DNA of 57,670 nucleotides, taken from contig WLOY01000005.1 in NCBI GenBank assembly GCA_009699015.1, positions 1-57,670 on the forward strand, written 5' to 3'. A program made the translations under genes and the position numbers. This document shows, in pieces, positions 1 to 11,382 of this stretch. Source of the DNA: Actinomycetota bacterium. Its GTDB lineage: Bacteria > Actinomycetota > Actinomycetes > S36-B12. Below the pieces are notes generated by a model. It worked only from the letters and a program-made list of their open reading frames with translations. It had not been told where the DNA came from and made no database searches. The number at the start of each line of letters is the position of its first letter. The first letter of the stretch is position 1.

Positions 1-343
1 CGTCGACACCCCACGACTCGTCGAACATCCACTCGTTCTTCGGGTGGTTGACGCGCGCGACGACCCGGGGCACGCCGTACTCGGTCTTTGCGAGGAGGGA
101 CACGACGAGGTTGACCTTGTCGTCGCCTGTCGCCGCGACCACGACCTGGCACTCGGAGAGCCGGGCCTCCTCGAGGGCGGAGATCTCGCATGCATCGGCA
201 AGGAGCATGTCGGCACCCTCGACGACGCCCGGGCGCGCTAGCTGAACGTCACGGTCGATGAGCAGGACCTGATGGCCGTTGCCGATCAGTTCGCGAGCGA
301 TTGCCCGTCCTACCTTGCCGGCTCCTGCGATGGCGACGCGCAT
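1..343 (-). CDS. trkA: TrkA/CeoC-family potassium uptake NAD-binding protein (3' part outside window)
   Basis: Not in the ORF track. Minus strand from ATG 343 reads MRVAIAGAGKVGRAIARELIGNGHQVLLID (Rossmann GxGxxG). TGATG overlap with the upstream trkA paralog. Confidence 0.9.
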   Translation of the reverse strand, partial: MRVAIAGAGKVGRAIARELIGNGHQVLLIDRDVQLARPGVVEGADMLLADACEISALEEARLSECQVVVAATGDDKVNLVVSLLAKTEYGVPRVVARVNHPKNEWMFDESWGVD

Positions 344-1005
344 CAGATCTCCTTGGGGCCGGACTCGAACGCAGACTCCACGGCGAGCCGATCGTCGGAG
401 GAGTAGACCGCATGCACGAGGTCGCCCTCCTGGACGACGCTGTCGTCGGCGGGAAGCAGGGCCGATCCGTAGCGGGTGATGAACGCGACGCGCGCTCCCG
501 AGGCCCGCTCGAGTGCGGAGACGAGTTGGCCTATCCACGCTGGTCCAACGTGCACCTCGGCGAGCGCGATGGTGCCGCTCGGGTCTCGATACTCGTCCTG
601 GGCGCCCATCGGGAGCATCTGACGCATGATCTGTCCGGCGGTCCAGGCGACGGTCGCCACGGTTGGGATCCCTAGGCGTTCGTAGACCTCCGCACGACGC
701 TGATCGTAGATTCGGGCGACGACGCGGTCGACGCCGTATGTCTCGCGGGCGACACGGGCGGCGAGGATGTTCGTGTTGTCGCCGCTGCTCACCGCGGCGA
801 ATGCGTGGGCCCGCTCGATGCCGGCGTTCTCCAATGTCTCGCGGTCGAAGCCGACTCCGGTGACGGTGAGTCCGCTGAAATCCGCGGGGAGGCGGCGAAA
901 TGACTTGGAGTCCATGTCGACGACCGCGACCGCATGGCCGAGTGCATCCAGATCGCGGGCGAGGAGTGCACCGACGCGTCCGCACCCGAGGATCACTATG
1001 TGCAC
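343..1005 (-). CDS. trkA: TrkA/CeoB-family potassium uptake protein
   Basis: HIVILGCGRVG, AVSSGDNTN, VARIYD. Start moved to GTG 1005, which has TACGGT 6 nt upstream. Confidence 0.92.
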   Translation of the reverse strand: MHIVILGCGRVGALLARDLDALGHAVAVVDMDSKSFRRLPADFSGLTVTGVGFDRETLENAGIERAHAFAAVSSGDNTNILAARVARETYGVDRVVARIYDQRRAEVYERLGIPTVATVAWTAGQIMRQMLPMGAQDEYRDPSGTIALAEVHVGPAWIGQLVSALERASGARVAFITRYGSALLPADDSVVQEGDLVHAVYSSDDRLAVESAFESGPKEI

Positions 1006-1048
1006 GGGGTAACCGTACACGCAGGCGGGGGGCGTAGGCTCTGCAGAC

Positions 1049-2986
1049 GTGCCACTATCGGACGGCGCCAAGCGCCTGCTTGTCGGCCGAGCGCTTCGCA
1101 GCGACCGCCTCCATGACACCCTCCTGCCAAAGCGGATTGCGCTCCCGGTGTTCGCGAGCGACGCCCTGTCGTCGAATGCCTATGCGACGCAGGAGATTCT
1201 CCTCGTGCTCTCGCTCGGCGGCCTATCGCTGTATTCCTTCGGTCCGTGGGTGGCGGCTGCCGTCATCGTCATCTACTTCACCGTGGTCGCCTCCTACCGC
1301 CAGAACGTGCACGCCTACCCGAGCGGAGGCGGGGACTACGAGGTGGTCTCCAGGAACCTCGGGCCCAACTGGGGCGTGCTCGTTGCGAGCGCGCTCCTCA
1401 TCGATTACGTGCTCACCGTCGCGGTATCGATCTCCGCGGCTGTTGCGAACCTGTCATCCGCGCTTCCGTTCATCGGACTGCATGGCACTTGGTGGGCGGT
1501 CGCCATCATCATCGTCATCACGCTGCTCAATCTCCGGGGGATCAAGGAGTCGGGTGCCCTTTTCGCGGTGCCCGTCTACTTCTTCATGCTGTCGATCTTC
1601 GTGATGATCGGGGTCGCGGTCGTGAGAATGGCGATGGGCAGCGATCTGCAGGCGGAGAGCGCCAACTGGGATGTGATCCCCGAGGAGACGTTCGCAGGGC
1701 TGGCACTCGTCTTCGTCGTCGCACGAGCCTTCTCCTCGGGCACGACCGCGCTCACCGGGATCGAGGCGGTCTCGAACGGAGTTCCGGCATTTCGCCCTCC
1801 GAAGTCGAAGAACGCCGCCACCACGCTCCTGCTGCTCGGCGTGATCTCGATGGCCATGTTCACCGGGATCACCTGGCTCGCGCTCCAGACAGGCGTCCGC
1901 ATCACGGAATTCAACAGGGACCTCATCGGTCTGCCTGCGGGGCAGGAGCAGAAGACCGTGATCGTGCAAGTTGCCAACGCGGTCTTCGACAATGCGTACG
2001 CGCCGGTCATCGTCATCACCTTCGCCACCGCCCTCATCCTGGCGTTGGCTGCCAATACGGCGTTCAACGGATTCCCGGTGCTCGGCTCGATCCTCGCTCG
2101 TGATGGGTTTCTGCCCAAGCAGTTGCACACGCGCGGTGACCGCCTCGCTTTCAGCAATGGGATTCTCACCCTGTCGGGGCTCGCGATCGTCCTCGTCGTC
2201 ATCTATCAGGCGGACGTGACAGCGCTCATCCAGCTCTACATCATCGGCGTGTTCGTCTCGTTCACCCTGAGCCAGATCGGCATGGTCCGCCACTGGAACC
2301 GTCATCTCCGCTCTGAGACCGATCCGTCGGAGCGGCGCAGGATGCAGCGATCGCGGCTCATCAACTCCTTCGGCCTCGTCATGACCGGCTCGGTGCTCGT
2401 CATCGTGCTCGTCACGAAGTTCACGAAGGGAGCATGGCTCGTCGTACTCGCGATGCCGCTCATCTTCCTGCTCATGCGGGCCATCTCTCGCCACTATGCG
2501 AAAGTCCGTCAGGAGCTTGCGACGACAGATCGCGACAAGATGATCCTCCCGGCAAGGGTGCACGCGCTCGTCCTCGTCTCAAGGATCCACAAGCCGACGT
2601 TGCGGGCACTTGCGTACGCCCGCGCGACCCGCCCGACCGTGCTCGAGGCGATCATGGTGAACGTAGACGACGACGAGACGAAGGCTCTGCAGGACGAATG
2701 GGAGCGCAGGTCGATTCCGGTCCAGCTCCGGGTGCTCGACTCGCCCTACCGTGAGATCACCCGGCCCATCCTCAGCTACGTGAAGGAACTTCGCACGGAC
2801 AGCCCGAATGACCTCGTCACCGTGTACATCCCCGAGTACGTGGTGGGCCACTGGTGGGAGACCCTCCTCCACAACCAGTCGGCCCTCCGGCTCAAGAGCA
2901 GGCTGCTCTTCAGCACCGGTGTCATGGTCACGAGCGTTCCGTGGCAGCTCGAGTCCAGTGAAGCCGTTATTGACAAGGACATCTAG
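1049..2986 (+). CDS. APC-family permease (KimA-like K+ transporter)
   Basis: FASDALSSNAYA, AYPSGGG, TALTGIEAVSNG, about 12 TM segments and a cytoplasmic tail (DSPYRE, LLHNQSA). Divergent from the trkA pair, as in other actinobacteria. Confidence 0.9.
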   Translation: MPLSDGAKRLLVGRALRSDRLHDTLLPKRIALPVFASDALSSNAYATQEILLVLSLGGLSLYSFGPWVAAAVIVIYFTVVASYRQNVHAYPSGGGDYEVVSRNLGPNWGVLVASALLIDYVLTVAVSISAAVANLSSALPFIGLHGTWWAVAIIIVITLLNLRGIKESGALFAVPVYFFMLSIFVMIGVAVVRMAMGSDLQAESANWDVIPEETFAGLALVFVVARAFSSGTTALTGIEAVSNGVPAFRPPKSKNAATTLLLLGVISMAMFTGITWLALQTGVRITEFNRDLIGLPAGQEQKTVIVQVANAVFDNAYAPVIVITFATALILALAANTAFNGFPVLGSILARDGFLPKQLHTRGDRLAFSNGILTLSGLAIVLVVIYQADVTALIQLYIIGVFVSFTLSQIGMVRHWNRHLRSETDPSERRRMQRSRLINSFGLVMTGSVLVIVLVTKFTKGAWLVVLAMPLIFLLMRAISRHYAKVRQELATTDRDKMILPARVHALVLVSRIHKPTLRALAYARATRPTVLEAIMVNVDDDETKALQDEWERRSIPVQLRVLDSPYREITRPILSYVKELRTDSPNDLVTVYIPEYVVGHWWETLLHNQSALRLKSRLLFSTGVMVTSVPWQLESSEAVIDKDI

Positions 2987-4228
2987 ATGACGATTGGCTC
3001 CCGGGCAGGCTCCAGACCTGCCAAGACCCCTGTGCACGTCGGCGACGAGGCCATCGTCGACATCGGGCCGATCGCGCACGGCGGGCACTTCATCGCCCAC
3101 CTGTCAGGCCACACGGTGTTCGTTCGGCACGCATTGCCCGGCGAGCGTGCGCGAATTTCGATCACCGACGTGTCGTCGAAGATCGTCCGCGCCGATGCCG
3201 TCGAGATCCTCGAGCCATCCCCGGACCGGGTGCCTGCTCCGTGTGCCTGGGCGCGGCCGGGCGGATGCGGGGGCTGCGACTTTCAGCATGTCGAGCGCTC
3301 CGCTCAGCTGGCTCTCAAGGCGCAGGTCGTTCGCGACGCCCTCGAGCGTCATGCCGGCCTGCCCGGCATCGATGTCCGCGTCGAGGAGCTGGACGATGAT
3401 GGCAGCGGGCTGCACTGGCGCACCCGGGTGCGCTGGTCCGTCAACGGCGACGGACGGCCCGGCCTGCTGGCCTACCGCACGCACGACGTCGTGCCGGTCG
3501 ACGACTGCCTGCTTGTGAGTCCGGCGATCGCCGAGCTCGGCATCCCGCGGACCCGTCGCGCAGGTGCCGCCGAGGTGAGCACGATCGAGGGCGATGGGGG
3601 TCGGGTCAGCGTCGTCGTCGACGGACGCCTCGCATCGGGCAAGCAGCGAATCGACCAGCGGGTGCGCGATCGCGACTGGCGGGTCGACGTGGCGAGCTTC
3701 TGGCAGGTGCATCCGCGGGCAGCCGAGACCTTGGTGTCAGCCGTTCTCGAGGCGGGGCGCCCGGCGCCGGGGGAGCACTGGTGGGACCTCTACTCGGGGG
3801 TGGGGCTCTTCAGCGCCTTCCTCGCGGAGGAGGTCGGCGTGACGGGCGTCGTGCACGCCGTCGAGAGCGGGCCGAGCGCGGTGCGCGATGCCCGCCGCAG
3901 CCTTCACGACCTCGGGCAGGTGACCCTCCACCATGACAATGCGCTGCGCTGGCTTCGCGTGGCCGACGAGCGGCCGGACGGGGTCGTGCTCGACCCCCCT
4001 CGCGCCGGTGCCGGACGCGAAGTCGTGCAGGCGATCGCGCGTGCCGGGCCGAGGGTTGTCGTGTACGTCGCCTGCGATCCGGTGGCCCTGGCGAGGGATG
4101 TGGCGCTCTTCGCATCGGCCGGGTACCGACTTGCGGGACTCCGCTCGTTCGATACGTTTCCCATGACCCACCACGTCGAGACCGTCGCCGCCCTGATTCC
4201 TATCACGCCGGCGCATCCGATATCTTGA
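2987..4228 (+). CDS. TRAM-domain class I SAM RNA m5U methyltransferase (RlmD/RumA-like)
   Basis: TRAM N-terminus, C-x6-CGGC Fe-S motif, SFWQVH, DLYSGVGLF, LDPPRAG, YVACDP, FPMTHHVE. Confidence 0.9.
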   Translation: MTIGSRAGSRPAKTPVHVGDEAIVDIGPIAHGGHFIAHLSGHTVFVRHALPGERARISITDVSSKIVRADAVEILEPSPDRVPAPCAWARPGGCGGCDFQHVERSAQLALKAQVVRDALERHAGLPGIDVRVEELDDDGSGLHWRTRVRWSVNGDGRPGLLAYRTHDVVPVDDCLLVSPAIAELGIPRTRRAGAAEVSTIEGDGGRVSVVVDGRLASGKQRIDQRVRDRDWRVDVASFWQVHPRAAETLVSAVLEAGRPAPGEHWWDLYSGVGLFSAFLAEEVGVTGVVHAVESGPSAVRDARRSLHDLGQVTLHHDNALRWLRVADERPDGVVLDPPRAGAGREVVQAIARAGPRVVVYVACDPVALARDVALFASAGYRLAGLRSFDTFPMTHHVETVAALIPITPAHPIS

Positions 4229-4238
4229 CGTCGAGATA
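4221..4238. promoter_or_regulatory. 18-bp palindromic operator upstream of acnA (TamR/MarR-like site)
   Basis: TATCTTGACGTCGAGATA, palindromic except for one base pair, 25 nt before the acnA start. Confidence 0.65.
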
Positions 4239-4263
4239 CTTCGTTGCGAGAGGATGAGTCGTT

Positions 4264-6920
<2,657 letters not shown>

Positions 6921-6924
<4 letters not shown>

Positions 6925-7298
6925 CGCGCTTCGTTCCACCGGGCTGGCCGCGAGGCCTGCCGCCCGGTGGAACGCCCGAATTCGATGAGCGGGTCGTCGG
7001 ATGGCTCCTGGACCAAGGGCCCGCAGACCTGCGCACCTCAGAGCTGCGGCACCTGCCCCTTGCCCTGGCCACCTATCTCGAGCATCACATTGACGGCTGC
7101 CTCGAAGGTGCCAGGCGGGCCTACGGGCAGGCCCGAACCGACCTTGGGTCAGCCATGCCGGCAGACGAGCTCGCGCGTGCGCAGCGGGCCCTCGAGTCGG
7201 AGGGCGCGCGCCTGCTCCAGGTGCAGCGCGAGGTCCGGCTCGTGCTCGTGGCCATGCGTGTCCCCCCACCGGATACAGGGGGCCGGATGGGTCGTTGA
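6921..7298 (+). CDS. conserved actinobacterial hypothetical protein
   Basis: ATGA overlap with acnA; PPGWP...WLLDQGP...LRH motif; helical C-terminus; GC3-rich codons. Confidence 0.7.
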
Positions 7299-7314
7299 CC
7301 CGTAGAATGCGGAC

Positions 7315-9219
7315 GTGAGTCTTCTGCGAGGGATCCGCGATCCCAAGGATGTTCGCGCCTTGCCAGTCGAGCAGATCCCTGAGCTGGCGGGGGAGATTCG
7401 ATCATTCCTCGTCGAGAAGGTGTCGGCCACCGGCGGCCACCTCGGGCCAAATCTCGGCGTCGTCGAACTCACGATCGCCCTCCACCGCGTGTTCGAGTCG
7501 CCCGACGACGTCATGGTCTGGGATACCGGCCATCAGGCGTACGTCCACAAGATCCTCACCGGGCGCATCGACGACTTCGACCAGCTGCGCCAGAAGGACG
7601 GCCTGTCCGGGTATCCGAGTCGCGCCGAGAGCATCCACGATGTCGTCGAGAACTCGCACGCATCGACTTCGCTGTCCTACGCGGATGGCATCGCGAAGGC
7701 GTGGGAGCAGCGCGGACTGCTCGGCCAGCACCATGTCGTAGCGGTGATCGGCGATGGCGGCCTCACCGGCGGCATGGCATGGGAGGCGCTCAACAACATC
7801 GCGGGCTCTGACCGGCCGGTGGTGATCGTCGTGAATGACAATGCGCGGTCGTACTCGCCGACCATCGGCGGCCTTGCCCATCACCTGTCGACCCTGCGGA
7901 CCACCGGCAACTACGAGCGGTTCATGTCATGGGGCAAGCAGATCCTCAAGCGAACCCCGGTCGTGGGCGATCCGATCTACGGCACCCTCCATGGGATGAA
8001 GAAGGGGCTGAAGGACATCGTCGCCCCGCAGGGAATGTTCGAGGACCTCGGGCTGAAGTACGTCGGCCCGGTCGATGGCCATGACATCGCCGAACTCGAG
8101 CACGCGCTCGGTCGGGCGAAGGAGTTCGGCGGCCCGGTCATCGTCCATGTCATCACCGAGAAGGGTCGCGGCTACGCCCCGGCGGAGGAGGACGAGGCAG
8201 ATCGCTTCCACGGCGTCGGCATCATTGATCCCGATACCGGCAAGCCGCTCACCGAGGGCGGCCCGTCGTGGACGGGGGCGTTCGCCGATGAGCTCGTGGC
8301 GCTTGGGCATGAGCGCCGTGACATCGTGGCGATAACCGCGGCGATGCTCGGCCCGACGGGCCTAGACCGGTTTGCCGCTGCGTTCCCGTCGCGCACCTAC
8401 GACGTCGGCATCGCGGAGCAGCATGCGGTGACGAGCGCGGCGGGGCTCGCCTACGGCGGGATGCACCCGGTCGTGGCCCTGTACGCGACCTTCCTCAACC
8501 GGGCCTTCGACCAGGTGCTCATGGACTGCGCGCTCCATCGGGCCGGCGTGACCTTCGTCCTGGACCGGGCGGGCGTCACGGGCGATGACGGTGCCAGCCA
8601 CAACGGCATGTGGGACATGTCGATGCTTCAGGTGGTGCCGGGCCTGCGGATGGCCGCCCCTCGGGACGCGGTCACCTTGCGCGCGGAGCTGCGCGAGGCG
8701 GTCGCCGTCTCGGATGCCCCGACAGTCGTCCGATTCCCGAAGGGTGCCCTCGGGCCCGAGGTCCCCGCGCTGCGGACCATCGGCCCCCTCGATGTCATCG
8801 CCGAGTCGGGCGATGGCGATGTGCTCCTCGTGAGCGTCGGCGCCTTTGCGACGATTGCCCTCGAGGTGGCCGATCGGCTCAAGGCGCAGGGCATCGGCGT
8901 TCTCGTGATCGATCCACGATGGGTCAAGCCGCTGCCCGTCGAACTCCTCGAGCTCGCCTCTGCTGCGCGCCTGGTCGTTGTCCTCGAAGACGGTGTCCGG
9001 CAGGGAGGCGTGGGCTCCGCAGTAAGCCAGCTGCTCCGCGATCACGACATCGACGTGCCCCTTCGCAACCTCGGGGTTCCGGTCGCGTTCCTCGAGCAGG
9101 CCAAGCGTGCGCAGGTCCTCGCCGAGATCGGCCTCACCGCCCAGGAGATCTCCCGGTGGATTGTCGAGGCCGTGGCAAGGCATGCCGACATGTCGGACGT
9201 GCCGGCCAGCGCTCAATAA
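7315..9219 (+). CDS. dxs: 1-deoxy-D-xylulose-5-phosphate synthase
   Basis: [41 protein letters not shown]. Confidence 0.98.
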   Translation: MSLLRGIRDPKDVRALPVEQIPELAGEIRSFLVEKVSATGGHLGPNLGVVELTIALHRVFESPDDVMVWDTGHQAYVHKILTGRIDDFDQLRQKDGLSGYPSRAESIHDVVENSHASTSLSYADGIAKAWEQRGLLGQHHVVAVIGDGGLTGGMAWEALNNIAGSDRPVVIVVNDNARSYSPTIGGLAHHLSTLRTTGNYERFMSWGKQILKRTPVVGDPIYGTLHGMKKGLKDIVAPQGMFEDLGLKYVGPVDGHDIAELEHALGRAKEFGGPVIVHVITEKGRGYAPAEEDEADRFHGVGIIDPDTGKPLTEGGPSWTGAFADELVALGHERRDIVAITAAMLGPTGLDRFAAAFPSRTYDVGIAEQHAVTSAAGLAYGGMHPVVALYATFLNRAFDQVLMDCALHRAGVTFVLDRAGVTGDDGASHNGMWDMSMLQVVPGLRMAAPRDAVTLRAELREAVAVSDAPTVVRFPKGALGPEVPALRTIGPLDVIAESGDGDVLLVSVGAFATIALEVADRLKAQGIGVLVIDPRWVKPLPVELLELASAARLVVVLEDGVRQGGVGSAVSQLLRDHDIDVPLRNLGVPVAFLEQAKRAQVLAEIGLTAQEISRWIVEAVARHADMSDVPASAQ

Positions 9220-9344
9220 GCCAAGGATCTTGTCCCGGTCGCTGACGGCGGAGAAGAGCGCGAGGCGCAGAACGGCCGCGGGGACCCCTGAACAGAGGGG
9301 GCGACTGACCCGGTGAGCCTCCGCGGTCTGGCTACGCTGGCCAG

Positions 9345-9557
9345 ATGCTCACCCTGGCCGATCATCCAACAGTCCTTGGCGCGGCTGCGAGGGGAGCAGA
9401 CCCGGCGTCCTTCGCCGTTCCGGCTCAAGCGGTCGAACTGTGCGGCAGGGAGTTCTGCGCATCGACCACGAAGCACAAGGTCGGTTGCACGAAGGAGCAG
9501 CGCCCGACTATTCGCGCCCTCGACGAGAAGTTGAGTGATCGCTGGGATGTTCGGTGA
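9345..9557 (+). CDS. possible small protein or truncated gene
   Basis: TACGCT lies 6 nt before the ATG, the same geometry as the leaderless genes in this window. No domain recognised. Confidence 0.3.
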   Translation: MLTLADHPTVLGAAARGADPASFAVPAQAVELCGREFCASTTKHKVGCTKEQRPTIRALDEKLSDRWDVR

Positions 9558-10113
9558 CCGTCGCTCTGCCTTGTTCTTGGTGGCGGCGTCGGCCTTGCTC
9601 GGCGTGATGTTGGCCGGGTGCAGCGCCCCGTCCAGGTTTGCCGCGGGTTCGTGCCGACAAGCCACCGGAGCAACGCAGGTTGCGGTGAAGGTGCGGAATA
9701 ATCTGAACCTGCCGATCACCTTCCATGTCCCGCAGGGCTCCTTCGCGGCGGATGACTGGCTGTGCGGTGAGGATCCAAGTCTGTGGAATGAGGCTGAACT
9801 GCCACCAGGGCAGAGCCGGGAGTTCACGCTCACTCCAAACCCCGGGCCTCCAGCGCAGGCAACCGGGCGGCCCGGGGCGTTCCCTCTGAACCTCTCGAGT
9901 GCGGGTATGAAGATCACCTCCTTCAAGTACGCCGTTGAGGTGGTCGACCAGGTTGGTCGACAGTACATCCAACGCGCGGACAGGAGGAGGTATGACTGCT
10001 CACTGCAGGACACCTGGCAATTTGCATACAGGGGAGTCGCTATGCAGGCCCGAATCAATTGCCAGGGGGACCTGACGATGACCTTTGAATATCCGATGAA
10101 ACTGGTCCCTTGA
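9535..10113 (+). CDS. hypothetical lipoprotein
   Basis: Signal peptide with lipobox VMLAGC; beta-rich body with 4 further Cys; more A/T-ending codons than the backbone. Confidence 0.7.
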   Translation: MIAGMFGDRRSALFLVAASALLGVMLAGCSAPSRFAAGSCRQATGATQVAVKVRNNLNLPITFHVPQGSFAADDWLCGEDPSLWNEAELPPGQSREFTLTPNPGPPAQATGRPGAFPLNLSSAGMKITSFKYAVEVVDQVGRQYIQRADRRRYDCSLQDTWQFAYRGVAMQARINCQGDLTMTFEYPMKLVP

Positions 10114-10173
10114 ATTGAATCCGATCCTGAATCGAAGCCGATTCTGCGCGATGCGCTTTACCTGAGGTGGCGA

Positions 10174-10659
10174 ATGGTGCGTTCACGAACCCGCTGGGCA
10201 GTCGTTGCGGTCTGCACGGCCCTGCTGGCGGCACCCGTGGTTACCGCCTGCTCAGCGGACAGTGCGGATCGGAATGCTGCGGCAGTTCATGCTCAAGTGA
10301 TTGTTCCAGCCGATTTTGAGACGGCTGACGCCTCGAACGAGGATGAAGGGATCAATGTTGATTCCGACTCTGAGGTCATCTTCCAAAATGATCTCGGCGA
10401 GGTAGTCAGCGAGGTGGCGATCAAGGATGAGTGCTGGTCGGATGAGGAGTTCCGTCTCCTGTGCGCATCCTCGACTCCGAGTCCCGCAGACCTCGATCTC
10501 GCTACCATCTCTCGGACGGGCGACACCTTCACTGCGCAGACGACCGCGGACAGCACCTATCTTCCGGCTCACCTGATCCTTACAGTGACGAGTGCGACGA
10601 AGTCAGATCCAGGCAAGACCCGATCCCGAACGGTTCTCCTCACACTCACCTGCTGCTGA
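10174..10659 (+). CDS. hypothetical lipoprotein
   Basis: RBS GAGGTGG, lipobox VVTAC, ends in CC. Confidence 0.7.
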   Translation: MVRSRTRWAVVAVCTALLAAPVVTACSADSADRNAAAVHAQVIVPADFETADASNEDEGINVDSDSEVIFQNDLGEVVSEVAIKDECWSDEEFRLLCASSTPSPADLDLATISRTGDTFTAQTTADSTYLPAHLILTVTSATKSDPGKTRSRTVLLTLTCC

Positions 10660-10677
10660 CATGGAGGGACTTCCACG

Positions 10678-11316
10678 ATGAAGAGTGCTGGGCTGGCGTT
10701 CCTCGTCCTTGATGATCACGAGCTCGTCCTTGAGGCGATCGGCCAGCGGTTGCGTGCCGATTTCCCGGGGTGCACGATCACCTACTCTGGTGGCTCGCTC
10801 AAGGACGCGGTGAATTCAACGCGCACGATGCATTGCGACTGTGCCATCGTCGACCTTGACCTCGGTGATGGCGCAACGGTCGCTCAACTCGTGACCTCGT
10901 TCACATTGCGCGGGATCCCCGTCGTTGTCGTAAGTGCCCTCGGTCGACCGGAGGTCATCAAGGCCGCTCTCGCAGTCGAAGTCAGTGCATTCGTGACGAA
11001 GAGGTCGAGCGCGAAGTTCCTCACGACTGCGATCAAGGAAGTGCTTAGGGGCGGCACGTGGTTTCCGGCCGATATGGCAGGTGTGCTCCTTCAGGGATCT
11101 GGCAGTGTTGACCTGTCGGCTCAGGAGAGGCGAGCCTTGACCCTGTATGCCTCAGGACTCACCCTCGACATGGTCGCCAGACGAATGGATGTCAGTCCGA
11201 ACACGGCGAAGCACTACATCGACCGGGTTCGGGCGAAGTACACGGCCGCGGGTATCGCATCACGCACCAAGATGGAACTGAACACCGTGGCGAGGAATGA
11301 GGGGATGCTCCCTTAG
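10678..11316 (+). CDS. NarL/LuxR-family response regulator
   Basis: LVLDDH, IVDLDL, VVVSA, FVTK receiver residues; HTH LSAQER...VSPNTAKHYIDR. Confidence 0.9.
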   Translation: MKSAGLAFLVLDDHELVLEAIGQRLRADFPGCTITYSGGSLKDAVNSTRTMHCDCAIVDLDLGDGATVAQLVTSFTLRGIPVVVVSALGRPEVIKAALAVEVSAFVTKRSSAKFLTTAIKEVLRGGTWFPADMAGVLLQGSGSVDLSAQERRALTLYASGLTLDMVARRMDVSPNTAKHYIDRVRAKYTAAGIASRTKMELNTVARNEGMLP

Positions 11317-11382
11317 ATCGGCGGGCAGGGATGGCATCTGTCGTCAGTGGCGAGACGGTATGGGTGAGTGTTTGACGGTGAG

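Noticed and set aside
9345-9557. N-terminus faintly reminiscent of an Fe-S protein start
   Set aside because: No Cys cluster motif follows; too weak to name.
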